DNA of 57,989 bases from a bacterium. Lineage in GTDB: Bacteria; Zhuqueibacterota; Zhuqueibacteria; Oceanimicrobiales; Oceanimicrobiaceae. Every line of letters starts with the position of its first letter. Positions within the stretch are counted from its first letter, which is position 1. Location of the stretch: positions 1-57,989 of the forward strand of contig JBHHYI010000005.1 in NCBI GenBank assembly GCA_046757525.1. Direction: 5' to 3'. A program made the translations under genes and the position numbers. Below are positions 28,054 through 38,844 of this stretch, piece by piece. The notes under the pieces were generated by a model, which was not told the DNA's origin, did not search any database, and saw nothing but the letters and a program-made list of their open reading frames with translations.

Positions 28054-28974
28054 CTAATCCAGAATATACCGCAGTGGGTCTCTTGGTTTACCGTCCAGAA
28101 TCACTTCATAATGCAAATGCGGGCCTGTTGCCCGACCCGTATCCCCCACCAGGCCTATGGGTGTCCATCGACCGATTTTCTGACCCTTCCTGACCAACAC
28201 CTTCGAAAGGTGACCGTATCTGGTTTTGAAGCCATAGCCATGGTTGATGATTACTTGCTTACCATAGCTGCGTCCAACTTTGTACTTAGTAACTACTTTT
28301 TCCACCACACCAGAAGCAGTGGCAAATATTTCAGTACCCCTTTCTGCTGCGATATCGATCCCGTCATGATGTTTTATCTTTTCCGTAAAAGGATCCAGTC
28401 GGAACCCATATTTGTCGCGGATTCTTCCTCCCAACAAAGGACGAATTGAGGGGGTATGCTTAAACACTGTGCGATCATATTCCAATTTATCCTTGATCTC
28501 TTCGCGACTCGCTTTTGTCAGTTCAATCCTTCTTTCCATCTTGTCCAAAAGCTGTTGGTATTCGAGAATTTGGTCGCCTACTTCTCTTGAAACGGCTGGC
28601 ATCATAGAACTGGCATCTAAAAAACCGCCAACCCCAACATTACGAACATCCTGGTCAATTCTGGGAAGGTCGGCAACAATTCTTAGATTGTCGTCGCCTT
28701 GCTCCAATTCCTCTAGCTGTTTCTCTATGCGTTCAGCTTTCCTGCCCATGTCAGTTAACTGGGAAGTTAGAATAGCATTCAACTTTGTCAAAGAAGCGAT
28801 TTTCATGCTGTGGTAAAAATTTGTAAACACCGCAATGGTTGAGGATGCAAGGAGTAGGACAATAATGAAAGTAGCTAACAACAGCGAGAAAAATTTCCCC
28901 CAACTAAGTTCCAATTGTTTAACTTGAGAGCCACTTAGCGAAAAATATATAATCTTAAATTTTTTGTCTCGCAT
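28054..28974 (-). CDS. M23 family metallopeptidase with TM anchor and coiled coil
   Basis: HDGID, YGHL, TGPHLHYEV. Confidence 0.93.
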   Translation of the reverse strand: MRDKKFKIIYFSLSGSQVKQLELSWGKFFSLLLATFIIVLLLASSTIAVFTNFYHSMKIASLTKLNAILTSQLTDMGRKAERIEKQLEELEQGDDNLRIVADLPRIDQDVRNVGVGGFLDASSMMPAVSREVGDQILEYQQLLDKMERRIELTKASREEIKDKLEYDRTVFKHTPSIRPLLGGRIRDKYGFRLDPFTEKIKHHDGIDIAAERGTEIFATASGVVEKVVTKYKVGRSYGKQVIINHGYGFKTRYGHLSKVLVRKGQKIGRWTPIGLVGDTGRATGPHLHYEVILDGKPRDPLRYILD

Positions 28975-29160
28975 TTTTATCGACCCCTTCCTCCATAGAT
29001 TGGCAATACAAAGACTCAAATCAGATCCAGTAACATAGTTCGTAATACTTCGCTAAAACTTGACTTGAGATTCCCTTCTTTAGTTACTAAGATAGAGTTT
29101 AATGGTGTTTAGCCGTTTTCTCTAAGATAGGTAGGACTGTCTGAAGCAATTAACGCGCAC

Positions 29161-29189
29161 AATATAATAAAATTAATGCTCTATGTCAA
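29161..29189 (-). promoter_or_regulatory. Sigma-70 promoter of the M23 gene
   Basis: TTGACA-17 nt-TATATT on the minus strand. Confidence 0.6.
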
Positions 29190-29277
29190 GTAAAAAATAA
29201 AGTGTCAAAAAACATTGCTATTATTACAATATCTGAAGATGAGAAATTACCCGATTGGCGGTTCCAGGCGGTCTTGT

Positions 29278-30135
29278 CTACCCCAGGTAGCCGCGTAATA
29301 ATTTACTGCGCGAGGTGTGTCTCAGCCTTTTTATGGCTTTCTCTTTTATCTGCCGGACTCTTTCACGTGTCAAACTAAAACGTTCGCCGATTTCTTCCAA
29401 CGTCAAAGGGTGTTCTCTGCCAATGCCAAAATAGAGCTTTACAACTTCTGCCTCCCGTTTGGTCAAGTCACCCAAGGCATTTTCAATCTCGATTTTCAAT
29501 GATTCATCGATGAGTATGTGATCGGGCGACGGCATTTCATCATTTTCTAACACATCGACTAAGCGGCTTTCAGCATCCTGGTTAAAGGGGGCGTCCAAAG
29601 AGATATGTTTGCCTGACATTTGCATCGTATCGGAAACCTCGATTGCGGTCATGTCGAGTTGATCGGCGATCTCTGAAGCGGAAGGCTCTCGCTCAAACTC
29701 TTGTTCAAGCGCGCTCAAAGTCTTACCGATCTTGTTCAGGGCCCCGACTTTGTTTAGCGGGAGTCGAACTACCCGGGATTGCTCGGCCAAAGCCTGTAAT
29801 ATGGATTGACGAATCCACCAGACAGCATAGGAGATAAACTTAAAACCGCGGGTGACATCAAACCGATAGGCAGCTTTAATGAGACCAAGGTTACCTTCGT
29901 TGATTAAATCCTCCAGGGAAAGTCCTTGATTCTGATATTGTTTTGCCACGGTAACAACAAATCTTAAATTCGCTTTGGTGATTTTTTCCAACGCATCCTG
30001 ATCACCCTTTTGAATCATTTTCGCCAGTTGAATCTCTTCATCCGGTGTTAATAATGGAATCTCTCCGATTTCTTCCAAATACTTTTCTAGAGATTGGTCA
30101 GAACGGTGGTTATATTCGAAAGCAATTTTGGCCAC
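29278..30135 (-). CDS. RpoD/SigA-family sigma factor, short FCB type without region 1.1
   Basis: [36 protein letters not shown]. Confidence 0.95.
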   Translation of the reverse strand: MAKIAFEYNHRSDQSLEKYLEEIGEIPLLTPDEEIQLAKMIQKGDQDALEKITKANLRFVVTVAKQYQNQGLSLEDLINEGNLGLIKAAYRFDVTRGFKFISYAVWWIRQSILQALAEQSRVVRLPLNKVGALNKIGKTLSALEQEFEREPSASEIADQLDMTAIEVSDTMQMSGKHISLDAPFNQDAESRLVDVLENDEMPSPDHILIDESLKIEIENALGDLTKREAEVVKLYFGIGREHPLTLEEIGERFSLTRERVRQIKEKAIKRLRHTSRSKLLRGYLG

Positions 30136-30594
30136 TCTTACTCCTTTCGCAACTGGTGTCGGCTTTTGGTATTTGTTAGATAATGGAAAGAAAAGCTTTG
30201 AGCAACATCCTGCTTCGTTAATAAACGGGCATCATAACTTAGTAGCTGCTGAGAGTTGCAAGAATAAAACTTAAAAATATAAAAATAATTCATGAAGTTG
30301 TCAATATTTTAATTTTCGATTTTGCGCAATTAAATTTTGACGCTGACTCATGAAAAAAAATTAATAACCCTTGCATGTTAGAGCCAATCTTTTATATTTG
30401 ACTTCTAAAATTCTGCCAAATGGGTGCGACAACTCTGAAGTTCGAATGGTCCGAAGGAAGGATTCATTGCTAATAAACGTTAACTCTTTCAGAAATAACA
30501 ATACGCACAAAGAGGTATTTCGGCGGACGTTACCCCACATTTATACTCTGTGGAGCACCAGAACCCGCCCGGTGGCGAACCTCGAACGGTTGAT

Positions 30595-31647
30595 ATGAAA
30601 ACATTAAGTCTGGTTATTGGCTTGGTACTGCTTGCTCAAACCGATGCACAGGCTCAAGTCAGTGTCACAGCTAAGACAGATTCGCTGATAGAATTAGGCA
30701 TTCAATACACCATTCAGCAGGCCTACGAAAAAGCAGAGGCCATATTCACAGAAATTGAAAATGAAATGCCTGACAGCCCGGTAGGGTACTTTTTCCACGC
30801 TGCCACTCTGCAGTCAAAAATGATGGACTACGAGATTTACGACGAAGAAGACGCGTTTTTTGCATTAGCAGAAAAAACCGTCAAGTTGTCGCAAATGTGC
30901 CTGAAAAAGGATCGCAAAAATCCCTGGACCTATTTTTTCTTAGGAGGTGGCCTGGGATACATTGCCTTTTATCAGGCCAAACAAAAACGGTATTTAGAAG
31001 GCTTTCAAAATGGCCTGAAAAGCATCAAAGCCCTGGAGATGACTTTAAAAGCGGACACCACCTTCTATGACGCGTATTTTGGCTTGGGTACTTACAAATA
31101 CTACCGCAGCAAATTGAGCCGGCATTTCAAATGGCTGCCATTTGTCTCCGACGAAAGAATGCAAGGGCTCGCCATGATTCAACTGGCCATTAGTCGCGGA
31201 AAGTATACGCGTTATGCGGCGATGAACGGCTATTGCTGGATCGCCCTGGCAGAAGGAGACCTGAACGAAGGCATGCGCATTCTAAAGCAGGCTCTATCTG
31301 AATTTCCCACCAGTCGCGTCTTTCTTTGGTGCGCCGCCAAAATGTCTACCAAGCTCCAAAAGTGGCCAGACGCTCTGCACTACTACAACACCATATTGGC
31401 TTCGCTCCAGAACGAAAACAAGCTTTCGCTTTACAATGAAGTGAGCTGTCGGCAGAAGCTCGCCGCAATCTACCTCCAGTTGGGAAACTTCGATAAAGCC
31501 CTGGAAGAATACAAAAAAGTGCAGGCCCTCGACATAAACGGCAAGACCAAGAAGCGGCTCTCCCAAACATTGAAGAAATTGGAAAAAGTGAAAAACATAA
31601 GTTACAAGAAACTTGGAGATGCCCAATACAAGCCTGGTGCTTTTTAG
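30595..31647 (+). CDS. Exported TPR-like protein
   Basis: Signal peptide; helical repeats such as DAYFGLGTY. Confidence 0.75.
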   Translation: MKTLSLVIGLVLLAQTDAQAQVSVTAKTDSLIELGIQYTIQQAYEKAEAIFTEIENEMPDSPVGYFFHAATLQSKMMDYEIYDEEDAFFALAEKTVKLSQMCLKKDRKNPWTYFFLGGGLGYIAFYQAKQKRYLEGFQNGLKSIKALEMTLKADTTFYDAYFGLGTYKYYRSKLSRHFKWLPFVSDERMQGLAMIQLAISRGKYTRYAAMNGYCWIALAEGDLNEGMRILKQALSEFPTSRVFLWCAAKMSTKLQKWPDALHYYNTILASLQNENKLSLYNEVSCRQKLAAIYLQLGNFDKALEEYKKVQALDINGKTKKRLSQTLKKLEKVKNISYKKLGDAQYKPGAF

Positions 31648-31698
31648 GCCTCAGCCCAATTCTCAATTTGTTGCAAAGGCACAGCAACGTTTTCACCC

Positions 31699-32769
31699 TT
31701 AAGTCATGGTTTTCTTGTTCCTACGACCTTCCGCAGCCGGGTTGGCGACCGCCTCGCTCGTTGCCAATTGACCGCAAGCGGCAGCGATATCTTCCCCCTT
31801 GCTCCAACGAATGGTCACCGGGGCCTTGAGCGACGACATGGCTGCAAAAAACTGCTCGATGTTATTCTGCCCAGGCCTGCGAAAGTTTTTCACCGTGGCA
31901 TTATACGGTATCAAGTTGACCTTGCAAAAAATGTCTGAGAGCAAAGTCTTGAGCCGATGAGCGTCTTCAAGTGAATCGTTTATGCCGGCCATTAGAACGT
32001 ATTCAAAAGTGACTTGCTGTTTTGTCTTTTGTATGTAATACCTGGCCGCGTTGAGCAACTCTCCAATGGGCCATTTTTTGTTGAGCGGCATGAGCCTGGA
32101 GCGCACCTCATTGGTGGTAGCATTGAGCGAAATGGCTAATCGATACCCGTGACCTTCATCGGCAAACCGCATGATTTTGGGCACCACGCCGCTGGTTGAA
32201 ATCACGAGATGCCGCCTGGCTAAATTGGGGCCACAAGCATCGCTCAAGATTCTGCTGGCTTTGATTACGTTCTCATAGTTGTGAAACGGTTCCCCCATCC
32301 CCATAAAAACCACATTGGAGATTCTCACTTCGGCTGCCTTTTGGACGGAAAGAAACTGATCGACAATTTCACCGGAGCTCAAATGCCTTTGCAACCCCAT
32401 GAGGGCGGTGGCGCAGAATTTACAATCGATGGCACAACCCACTTGTGTAGAAACGCAAAGCGTGGTTCTTCGATCATCGAACATCAGAACCGTCTCAATT
32501 CGATTTCCGTCTGCTAATTCAAAGAGAAATTTCTTCGAATCATCCTGTTTGGACTTGTGTAGAGAAATCAGTTTTAACGGCCGAATGCTTGCACTGCTTC
32601 TTAGTTTTTCCCGCAATGCTTTCGACAGGTCGGACATTTCATCGAAAGAAAAAACGCCTTTGCCATACAACCACTTAAATAGTTGCTGAGCTCTGTACGG
32701 CTTTTCTCCAATAGATTCAACAAATAGCCGGAGTTTGTCTAAGTCACAATCTTTTAAGTTCACTTTCAT
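31699..32769 (-). CDS. rlmN: 23S rRNA A2503 / tRNA C2-methyltransferase (radical SAM)
   Basis: CVSTQVGCAIDCKFC, MGMGEP, AACGQL. Confidence 0.96.
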   Translation of the reverse strand: MKVNLKDCDLDKLRLFVESIGEKPYRAQQLFKWLYGKGVFSFDEMSDLSKALREKLRSSASIRPLKLISLHKSKQDDSKKFLFELADGNRIETVLMFDDRRTTLCVSTQVGCAIDCKFCATALMGLQRHLSSGEIVDQFLSVQKAAEVRISNVVFMGMGEPFHNYENVIKASRILSDACGPNLARRHLVISTSGVVPKIMRFADEGHGYRLAISLNATTNEVRSRLMPLNKKWPIGELLNAARYYIQKTKQQVTFEYVLMAGINDSLEDAHRLKTLLSDIFCKVNLIPYNATVKNFRRPGQNNIEQFFAAMSSLKAPVTIRWSKGEDIAAACGQLATSEAVANPAAEGRRNKKTMT

Positions 32770-33174
32770 GATTCCTAACCCGGACAAGCTGAAACCCCAG
32801 AGGCAAGAAGGTAGTGGCTTTAAATCGACAAGACCATGACAAACAAGGTGACTTGCTTACCCCAATTTCTCAAACAAGATAAAAACTCCAGAACTAACTT
32901 GTCTCAGGAGTTGAATTCATTGCAGCCTCTACTCTGCGTGAGTTCACTTCCTTGGCCAATGTTGTTTTGCGGCTTCTCCCCATCCTTCAAGGATTTGCGG
33001 CGCCCGCAAGCAAGGCAGGCTAATAATCTTATCTGTCATTATTTCGTTCTTGAATTTCTAACCTCTAAAGGCCTGTTGTACAGCCGGATTCCGTTCGAGA
33101 ATCTGCTGCTTTCCCTGGAGCTGAAGGCTGATGCTGAATTTAGCAAAGCCCATGTTTCCGTTCAAGGAAAATTA

Positions 33175-33203
33175 TTGACATTCGCTTGCGAATTGTTTAC
33201 TTT
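33175..33203 (+). promoter_or_regulatory. Sigma-70 promoter of moxR
   Basis: TTGACA-17 nt-TACTTT. Confidence 0.6.
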
Positions 33204-33273
33204 AACCGCTCTGAAATCTACGAAATGGTTTTGGGAGGCGTGCGAACGTGTGCAAACCACAATTGGAGGACTT

Positions 33274-34278
33274 ATGACAGCAATCGAAGCGGGTTCAAAA
33301 GATCTCGAAACCGTCACACGATTAAAACAAGCTCGTTCCAGAATCGAGCAGGAAATAGGCAAAATCATTGTCGGGCAAAAAAATGTGATCGCCGAACTTC
33401 TCATATCCTTACTGGCGCGGGGACACTGTTTGCTGGTTGGCGTACCCGGCTTGGCCAAGACTCTTTTGATCAGTACTCTGGCCAAAGTTTTGGACTTGAG
33501 ATTTAGCCGCATTCAATTCACACCGGATTTGATGCCATCCGACATTACCGGAACCGAGATCATTGAAGACGACACGAGTACAGGACAAAAGACGTTCAAG
33601 TTTGTGAGGGGTCCTGTTTTTGCCAACATCGTGCTGGCAGACGAGATCAACAGAACGCCACCAAAAACACAGGCGGCTTTGTTGCAAGCCATGCAAGAGC
33701 ATGAAGTCACAGCCGCAGGCACTACCTATTCTCTGGAAGAGCCGTTTTTTGTTCTGGCCACCCAAAATCCTATTGAGCAGGAGGGGACCTACCCCCTGCC
33801 GGAGGCCCAGTTGGACCGCTTCATGTTCAACCTTTGGGTAGATTACCCCTCCCGGGAAGAAGAGGCCCAGATTGTGAAGTCAACCACCAGTGCCTATCAG
33901 GCCGAACTGGAAGTCGTCATCGACGCTGAGGAGATCATTCATCTGCAGAGGCTGGTTCGCAGGGTTCCAGTTGCTGACCATGTGGTCGATTATGCGGTCA
34001 GTTTGGCCAGAAATACCCGGCCAAATTATGACGGCTCCCCGGATTTCATTAGAGATTGGATCAGTTGGGGCGCGGGCCCTCGTGCCTCTCAATATCTGAT
34101 CTTAGGGGCAAAGACCCGCGCTATCTTGGATGGACGGCCCACGCCTGAGATCGATGATGTCAAAGCGGTAGCCAAACCAGTGCTGCGGCACCGCCTGGTC
34201 ACCAATTTCAATGCGGAAGCTGAAGGCATCGACACCGTGGAAGTAATCAACCGACTCATGCAAATTGAGGGACATTAG
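33274..34278 (+). CDS. MoxR family AAA+ ATPase
   Basis: GVPGLAKT, RIQFTPDLMPSD, DEINR, ATQNPIEQEGTYPLPEAQLDRF; GGAGG before ATG 33274. Confidence 0.96.
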   Translation: MTAIEAGSKDLETVTRLKQARSRIEQEIGKIIVGQKNVIAELLISLLARGHCLLVGVPGLAKTLLISTLAKVLDLRFSRIQFTPDLMPSDITGTEIIEDDTSTGQKTFKFVRGPVFANIVLADEINRTPPKTQAALLQAMQEHEVTAAGTTYSLEEPFFVLATQNPIEQEGTYPLPEAQLDRFMFNLWVDYPSREEEAQIVKSTTSAYQAELEVVIDAEEIIHLQRLVRRVPVADHVVDYAVSLARNTRPNYDGSPDFIRDWISWGAGPRASQYLILGAKTRAILDGRPTPEIDDVKAVAKPVLRHRLVTNFNAEAEGIDTVEVINRLMQIEGH

Positions 34279-35190
34279 GTGGCCACCTCTGAGATCTTCG
34301 ATTATCGCAAATACCTGAATCCGGAAACGGTTTCTAAATTAAAGTCCATGGACTTAAAAGCCCGTTTGGTTGTGGAGGGCTTCATCACCGGATTGCACAA
34401 AAGCCCCTACCACGGATTCAGCGTTGAATTTGCTGAACACCGGCAATACATGCCCGGCGACGAAATTAAGCACGTGGACTGGAAGGTCTATGCTAAGACG
34501 AATCGCTTCTACGTCAAACAGTTTGAAGAAGAAACCAATCTGAAAGCCTACATCCTCCTTGATGTTTCAGCCTCCATGGGGTATGCGTCCAATGGCGTTA
34601 GCAAACTCGAATATGCCTCCTATCTGGCCGGCGCACTCTCTTACCTCATGATTCGTCAGCGGGATGCCGTGGGATTGGTTCTCTTCGATGAAACCATCCG
34701 TCGCTACTTGCCACCGCGATCCGTGACCACCTACCTGCACCAAATACTCAAAGAATTGGACCAGGCAGAAAGCAGTTCAAAAACCAACATTTCCACTGCC
34801 CTGCATCAGATGGCCGATAGGATTAAAAGGCGCGGACTGATCATCTTCTTTTCAGACCTATTCGATGAACCGCGAAAGGTGATTTCGGGGCTCAGACACT
34901 TTCGTCACAAAAAGCATGAAGTCATCGTCTTCCACATTTTAGACCCCCTGGAATTGAGCTTTGAATTTGAAAGCGACGCGGTCTTCAAAGACTTGGAGAC
35001 CGGTCAGGAAGTCAACACGCAGCCCTGGCATATTAGACACGAGTACCAGAACCAAATGCAGCAATTCATCACGCGGTACAAAAAAGTATGTCGAGAAAAC
35101 AATATCGATTATATTCGTTTGAGCACCAAAGAAAACTACGACCGGGCCCTCTTTGAGTATCTATTGAAACGAAAAAAGATCGGGGGGTAA
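34279..35190 (+). CDS. DUF58 (vWA-like) MoxR partner
   Basis: GFSVEFAEHRQYMPGD, DWK, EEET, DVSASM. Confidence 0.94.
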   Translation: MATSEIFDYRKYLNPETVSKLKSMDLKARLVVEGFITGLHKSPYHGFSVEFAEHRQYMPGDEIKHVDWKVYAKTNRFYVKQFEEETNLKAYILLDVSASMGYASNGVSKLEYASYLAGALSYLMIRQRDAVGLVLFDETIRRYLPPRSVTTYLHQILKELDQAESSSKTNISTALHQMADRIKRRGLIIFFSDLFDEPRKVISGLRHFRHKKHEVIVFHILDPLELSFEFESDAVFKDLETGQEVNTQPWHIRHEYQNQMQQFITRYKKVCRENNIDYIRLSTKENYDRALFEYLLKRKKIGG

Positions 35191-35197
35191 ATATTGA

Positions 35198-35272
35198 GGC
35201 ATCGTCAAAAGGAGAGATTGATGTTTGTCTGTGAGCAGGGAAGCATCATCTCCTTGTGAAATTGACGATGCC
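35198..35272. repeat. Long inverted-repeat hairpin between convergent genes
   Basis: GGCATCGTCAA/TTGACGATGCC outer stem; AAGGAGA/TCTCCTT inner stem. Confidence 0.6.
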
Positions 35273-35540
35273 GTTGTTGTCAGGCCTTGAAAACAAATTG
35301 CGGTGAATCAGCACAGTATACAGTACCTACAAACAAGGACATACGAGAAAAAGAAAACGCGTAAGAATTTAGCCGTCTGACCAAGACTGCAAAATCCGCC
35401 CACAGAAACAGAAATCCCGCAGAAATAAGACTTTTTGAATTCAACTTCAGTGGGATTTTCAATTCTGTGGGCGAAAAAATGATTGATTCATTCAAATAAC
35501 TAAATCCTTACGAAAACGCGAATTTGGTATTGGTCAGGAC

Positions 35541-36248
35541 CTACACGTTCGAGGCGCTGTTGATTTTTATTTCACGAAACGTCTGCTGCAATTCGTAGTA
35601 AATTTTCTCGACTTGGGGCCAATCTTCTTTTTCTGCCTCGTGTTCGATTTTGGCCGCCAGGAAGGAAAGCCTTTCAAAGCCCATGCTGGTGCCCGATCCC
35701 TTTAACTTGTGTCCGAACTGGCGGATGCCGATCACATTCTTCTCTTTCACCAGGCTGCGCAGCCTCTTGAGTCGGTGAGGAAATTCGGAAAGAAAATCTT
35801 GTTGCAGTTCCACGAATAGCTCGTCATAGGTCTTGATGTCGGCTTCCTCTTGTTCCTGATCCTCCTGTTCCAGAGCCGTCAACAACTCTGCAACTTCCTC
35901 AGGAAACAAGGTCGGATCTATGGGTTTGGTGAAATAATGAACCGCTCCCAATTTCAGCCCTTTCTCCTTATCCTCAGCACCATCCTTGGCCGTAAACATG
36001 GCCACCGGGGTCTGCCTGGTATTCTTGATCGTCTTGAGCTTTTTCAATACCTCGAATCCGTCCATGTCATCCATCATCACGTCGAGTATTATCAAATCCA
36101 GTTTGTGACTTTTAGCCAATTTGATGCAGTCGACACCGTTGAAAGATGAAATAACCTCGAAGTCTTTAAATTGCAGCGTCGTTTTAGCAAGCCGATGAAT
36201 ATTTGGCTCATCCTCAACAATAAGAATTCTCTTCTTAGTCATGATCAC
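35541..36248 (-). CDS. Response regulator receiver fused to an HPt domain
   Basis: ILIVED, ILDVMM, FTKP; C-terminal GHKLKGSG. Confidence 0.9.
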   Translation of the reverse strand: MIMTKKRILIVEDEPNIHRLAKTTLQFKDFEVISSFNGVDCIKLAKSHKLDLIILDVMMDDMDGFEVLKKLKTIKNTRQTPVAMFTAKDGAEDKEKGLKLGAVHYFTKPIDPTLFPEEVAELLTALEQEDQEQEEADIKTYDELFVELQQDFLSEFPHRLKRLRSLVKEKNVIGIRQFGHKLKGSGTSMGFERLSFLAAKIEHEAEKEDWPQVEKIYYELQQTFREIKINSASNV

Positions 36249-36251
36249 ACC

Positions 36252-37484
36252 TTAAGTCATTAGTTCCAAAATAACTCGCGTCACTCTTTTTGCAGCTCTG
36301 CCGTCGATTCTATAAACATATTCCTCTAAGAACTGTTTCTGGCCTTTCCTAATTCGGCAGCGCAACTTTTCGTTGAAGAGCGCATCTGTAATTGCATTTC
36401 GTAGTTTCTCTGGCTTTTGTACTCTCAGAGCGGCCCCTTTCTCTGAATAGGGCAGGGAGTCAGCACGTCTGCTAAAGTCTAAAGTAATGATTGGCTTCTT
36501 AAACAGCATCGCTTCTAAAATCACCGTGGAAGCGGCTCCGACGACCAGAGAACACTCCTTGAAGAGGTCATAGATATTTAAGTTCCTGGTGGTCGAGACG
36601 TTGTCCCCGCCCAATTTGCGCAGAACATGGTGGAAACGATGTTCGCTCTCACTCGGATGCAGCTTGATCGTCAGGCTGTATTCCGGACCCAACTCCTTGA
36701 TCGTTTGCAGCACAGCCTTTAACATCTGGTCTTCATAGAATGCGGAGAATCTACCATAATGAGAGAACGGATGAGACGCGTAGAGGATGTTGAATTTGCG
36801 CCGACTTTTACCGGCCTTCATCGCCCCGTTGTTGAGCAGCAAGAACAGTTCATCGTAACGCGGCTGGCCCGTGACGACGATCTTGTCGGGTTCCACACCC
36901 AACTGGATGAATTGGCGTCTACTTTTGTCACCCATGACACACAGGCGGTCACACTTGCCGGCCCCGTAGTCAGCAGCCAAATTCTCCGGCAATCCCAGGA
37001 TGCGTTTCATTATTCGTGTGCCAGCATGTGCGGAAAAACCGTTTAAGCCAACTTTTCCATTCACGTGTAAATTTTGTCGCAAACTGTCTTCGACAAGTAC
37101 GCTTGGAATGCCAAGCTTTTTGGTCTCGTACAAAACATGTTGGGCACCTGCCAATGCATCGTTCGCAAATACGACCAGATCGGGCCTGGTGAAATGCAAG
37201 GCTCTGCGTATTTGCTGCGACATTTTGTATTGGTTCTTCAGATTTAACCACGGTCGAAAAGGAGTAAGAGGATAGGGCAATCCGGTGAAGTTCCGAATCC
37301 TGGTAAATGGTATCCCATAATCGGTCAAGAATTTTTCGCTATCTTCGTGGTAATAATCGTCAAAGGACAACGCATGAAAAGAAAATCTCGTGTTGCTGTT
37401 CTGCAACGAATCGATGATTGCCTTAAACATGGGTACGTGGGTCACTCCCTTGCACGGCACAAAAAGTATTGTTTTGTCAGCCAT
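36252..37484 (-). CDS. GT-B fold surface-polysaccharide protein (CDP-glycerol glycerophosphotransferase / capsule biosynthesis-like)
   Basis: VTGQPRYD, IKLHPSE, STVILEAM..KP, DGRAA.RV. Confidence 0.75.
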   Translation of the reverse strand: MADKTILFVPCKGVTHVPMFKAIIDSLQNSNTRFSFHALSFDDYYHEDSEKFLTDYGIPFTRIRNFTGLPYPLTPFRPWLNLKNQYKMSQQIRRALHFTRPDLVVFANDALAGAQHVLYETKKLGIPSVLVEDSLRQNLHVNGKVGLNGFSAHAGTRIMKRILGLPENLAADYGAGKCDRLCVMGDKSRRQFIQLGVEPDKIVVTGQPRYDELFLLLNNGAMKAGKSRRKFNILYASHPFSHYGRFSAFYEDQMLKAVLQTIKELGPEYSLTIKLHPSESEHRFHHVLRKLGGDNVSTTRNLNIYDLFKECSLVVGAASTVILEAMLFKKPIITLDFSRRADSLPYSEKGAALRVQKPEKLRNAITDALFNEKLRCRIRKGQKQFLEEYVYRIDGRAAKRVTRVILELMT

Positions 37485-37592
37485 AAATAGTCCCTGAAGG
37501 CTAATGGTTGCTTCTTAGCCACTTCTTCAAATCATGTCGAAAGATTCTCCGTTGACCACCCATATCTAACTGCAATAAGCTACCCGACCAAA

Positions 37593-37608
37593 GGCAAAAT
37601 CCATGCCC
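37593..37608 (-). promoter_or_regulatory. Possible sigma-54 promoter
   Basis: Minus strand GGGCATGGATTTTGCC (GG-N10-GC), about 110 nt before ATG 37484. Confidence 0.45.
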
Positions 37609-37855
37609 CCACTTTGCATTCGCTGCGTGCTTCATAACCCATTATAGAAGTCTATTTTTACAGCAGTTAAGACATTCTTATTGTCTAAGCTTTCCTCATC
37701 CGTGGGATTTGTTAAGGGATAGGTACCATATTTGAGAACTACGCTCCATAGAGCAAACTCCACAGAGTCATGCGGAGAGCGGTGCATAATAAGATTTGGT
37801 GGCGGCACAGGTGTAAACAAGAAAGCCCGCTGTCACTTTCGTAACAACAGGCTCT

Positions 37856-37932
<77 letters not shown>

Positions 37933-37944
37933 AAAAAAAATGTG

Positions 37945-38535
37945 TCAATTGTTCTTGAGTAATTCCTTAAAAGCCGAAAATGCATTCGCCCGGTGACTAA
38001 TCTTGTTTTTTGCCTGCAACCCTATTTCAGCAAACGTCTTGCCGTATTCCGGCAAATAAAAGACCGGGTCATAGCCAAAGCCCTCAGCGCCACGAGGGGT
38101 TTCGCAGATGAACCCCTCACAAATCCCTTCTACAAATCTCGTTGTTTCCTCCTCGTAAAAGCCGACAACGCACCTGAAGCGGGCTTTTCTTTTCTCCCAG
38201 GGTACCCCCTTCAACTCAGACAGCAGTTTAGCGACATTTTCTTCATAAGTGGCGTTCACACCGGAGTATCGACTGGAGAGGACGCCAGGTTTTCCGCCCA
38301 AAAAATCGACTTCGAGACCCGTATCATCGGCAACAGCGGGCAAGCCGGTGAAGTTTCCGATCGCTTCGGCCTTTTTTCCCGCATTATCACGCAGGGTTCG
38401 GCCATCTTCGATGACATCGGGTGCATCTGGAAATTCAGCCAACGTTAACACCGAGATAGCAACATCGCACAAAAGCTTTTTGATTTCGTTTATCTTGTCC
38501 TGATTTTTTGTCGCAAGGACGATCGCTTTGGTCAC
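37945..38535 (-). CDS. rdgB: XTP/dITP diphosphatase
   Basis: ATKNQDK, ADDTGL, GFGYDPVF, KNKISHR. Confidence 0.95.
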   Translation of the reverse strand: MTKAIVLATKNQDKINEIKKLLCDVAISVLTLAEFPDAPDVIEDGRTLRDNAGKKAEAIGNFTGLPAVADDTGLEVDFLGGKPGVLSSRYSGVNATYEENVAKLLSELKGVPWEKRKARFRCVVGFYEEETTRFVEGICEGFICETPRGAEGFGYDPVFYLPEYGKTFAEIGLQAKNKISHRANAFSAFKELLKNN

Positions 38536-38550
38536 GCGACACTTCTCGTT

Positions 38551-38832
38551 TCAATTCGTCTTGTCGTCATAAAGGTCAATCCAATCCACAATGCCAACAA
38601 TTGCGGCATCGATCGGTGCAATCCTGGTGGGATAAGGAATCGTTGCCTCTCTGGCTGTTACATAATACACCAACTCACCCGGGCCTGCCCCAACGGTATC
38701 CACGGCAACGATTGGAGCGCCATTGTTTCTTTCGTGGTGATCCACAGGCTGAACAACTTGCATCTTAGCCCCCTCGAGGTTTTCATCTTTGCATGTGGCC
38801 CAAATGGTGCCGATTATTCTGGCTAAATGCAT
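38551..38832 (-). CDS. EutN/CcmL microcompartment pentamer (BMC-P)
   Basis: MHLARIIGTIWAT.K, AVDTVGAGPGE, DAAIVGIVD. Confidence 0.94.
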   Translation of the reverse strand: MHLARIIGTIWATCKDENLEGAKMQVVQPVDHHERNNGAPIVAVDTVGAGPGELVYYVTAREATIPYPTRIAPIDAAIVGIVDWIDLYDDKTN

Positions 38833-38844
38833 AAGTCGATCTTC

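Noticed and set aside
30440..30475. SRP RNA-like GGTCCGAAGGAAG
   Set aside because: No GNRA tetraloop with CAGG/AGCAG internal loop and no long flanking stem
32836..33273. 146-aa N-terminal extension of MoxR in the ORF track
   Set aside because: Non-protein-like sequence containing the promoter; a good RBS and ATG lie at 33274
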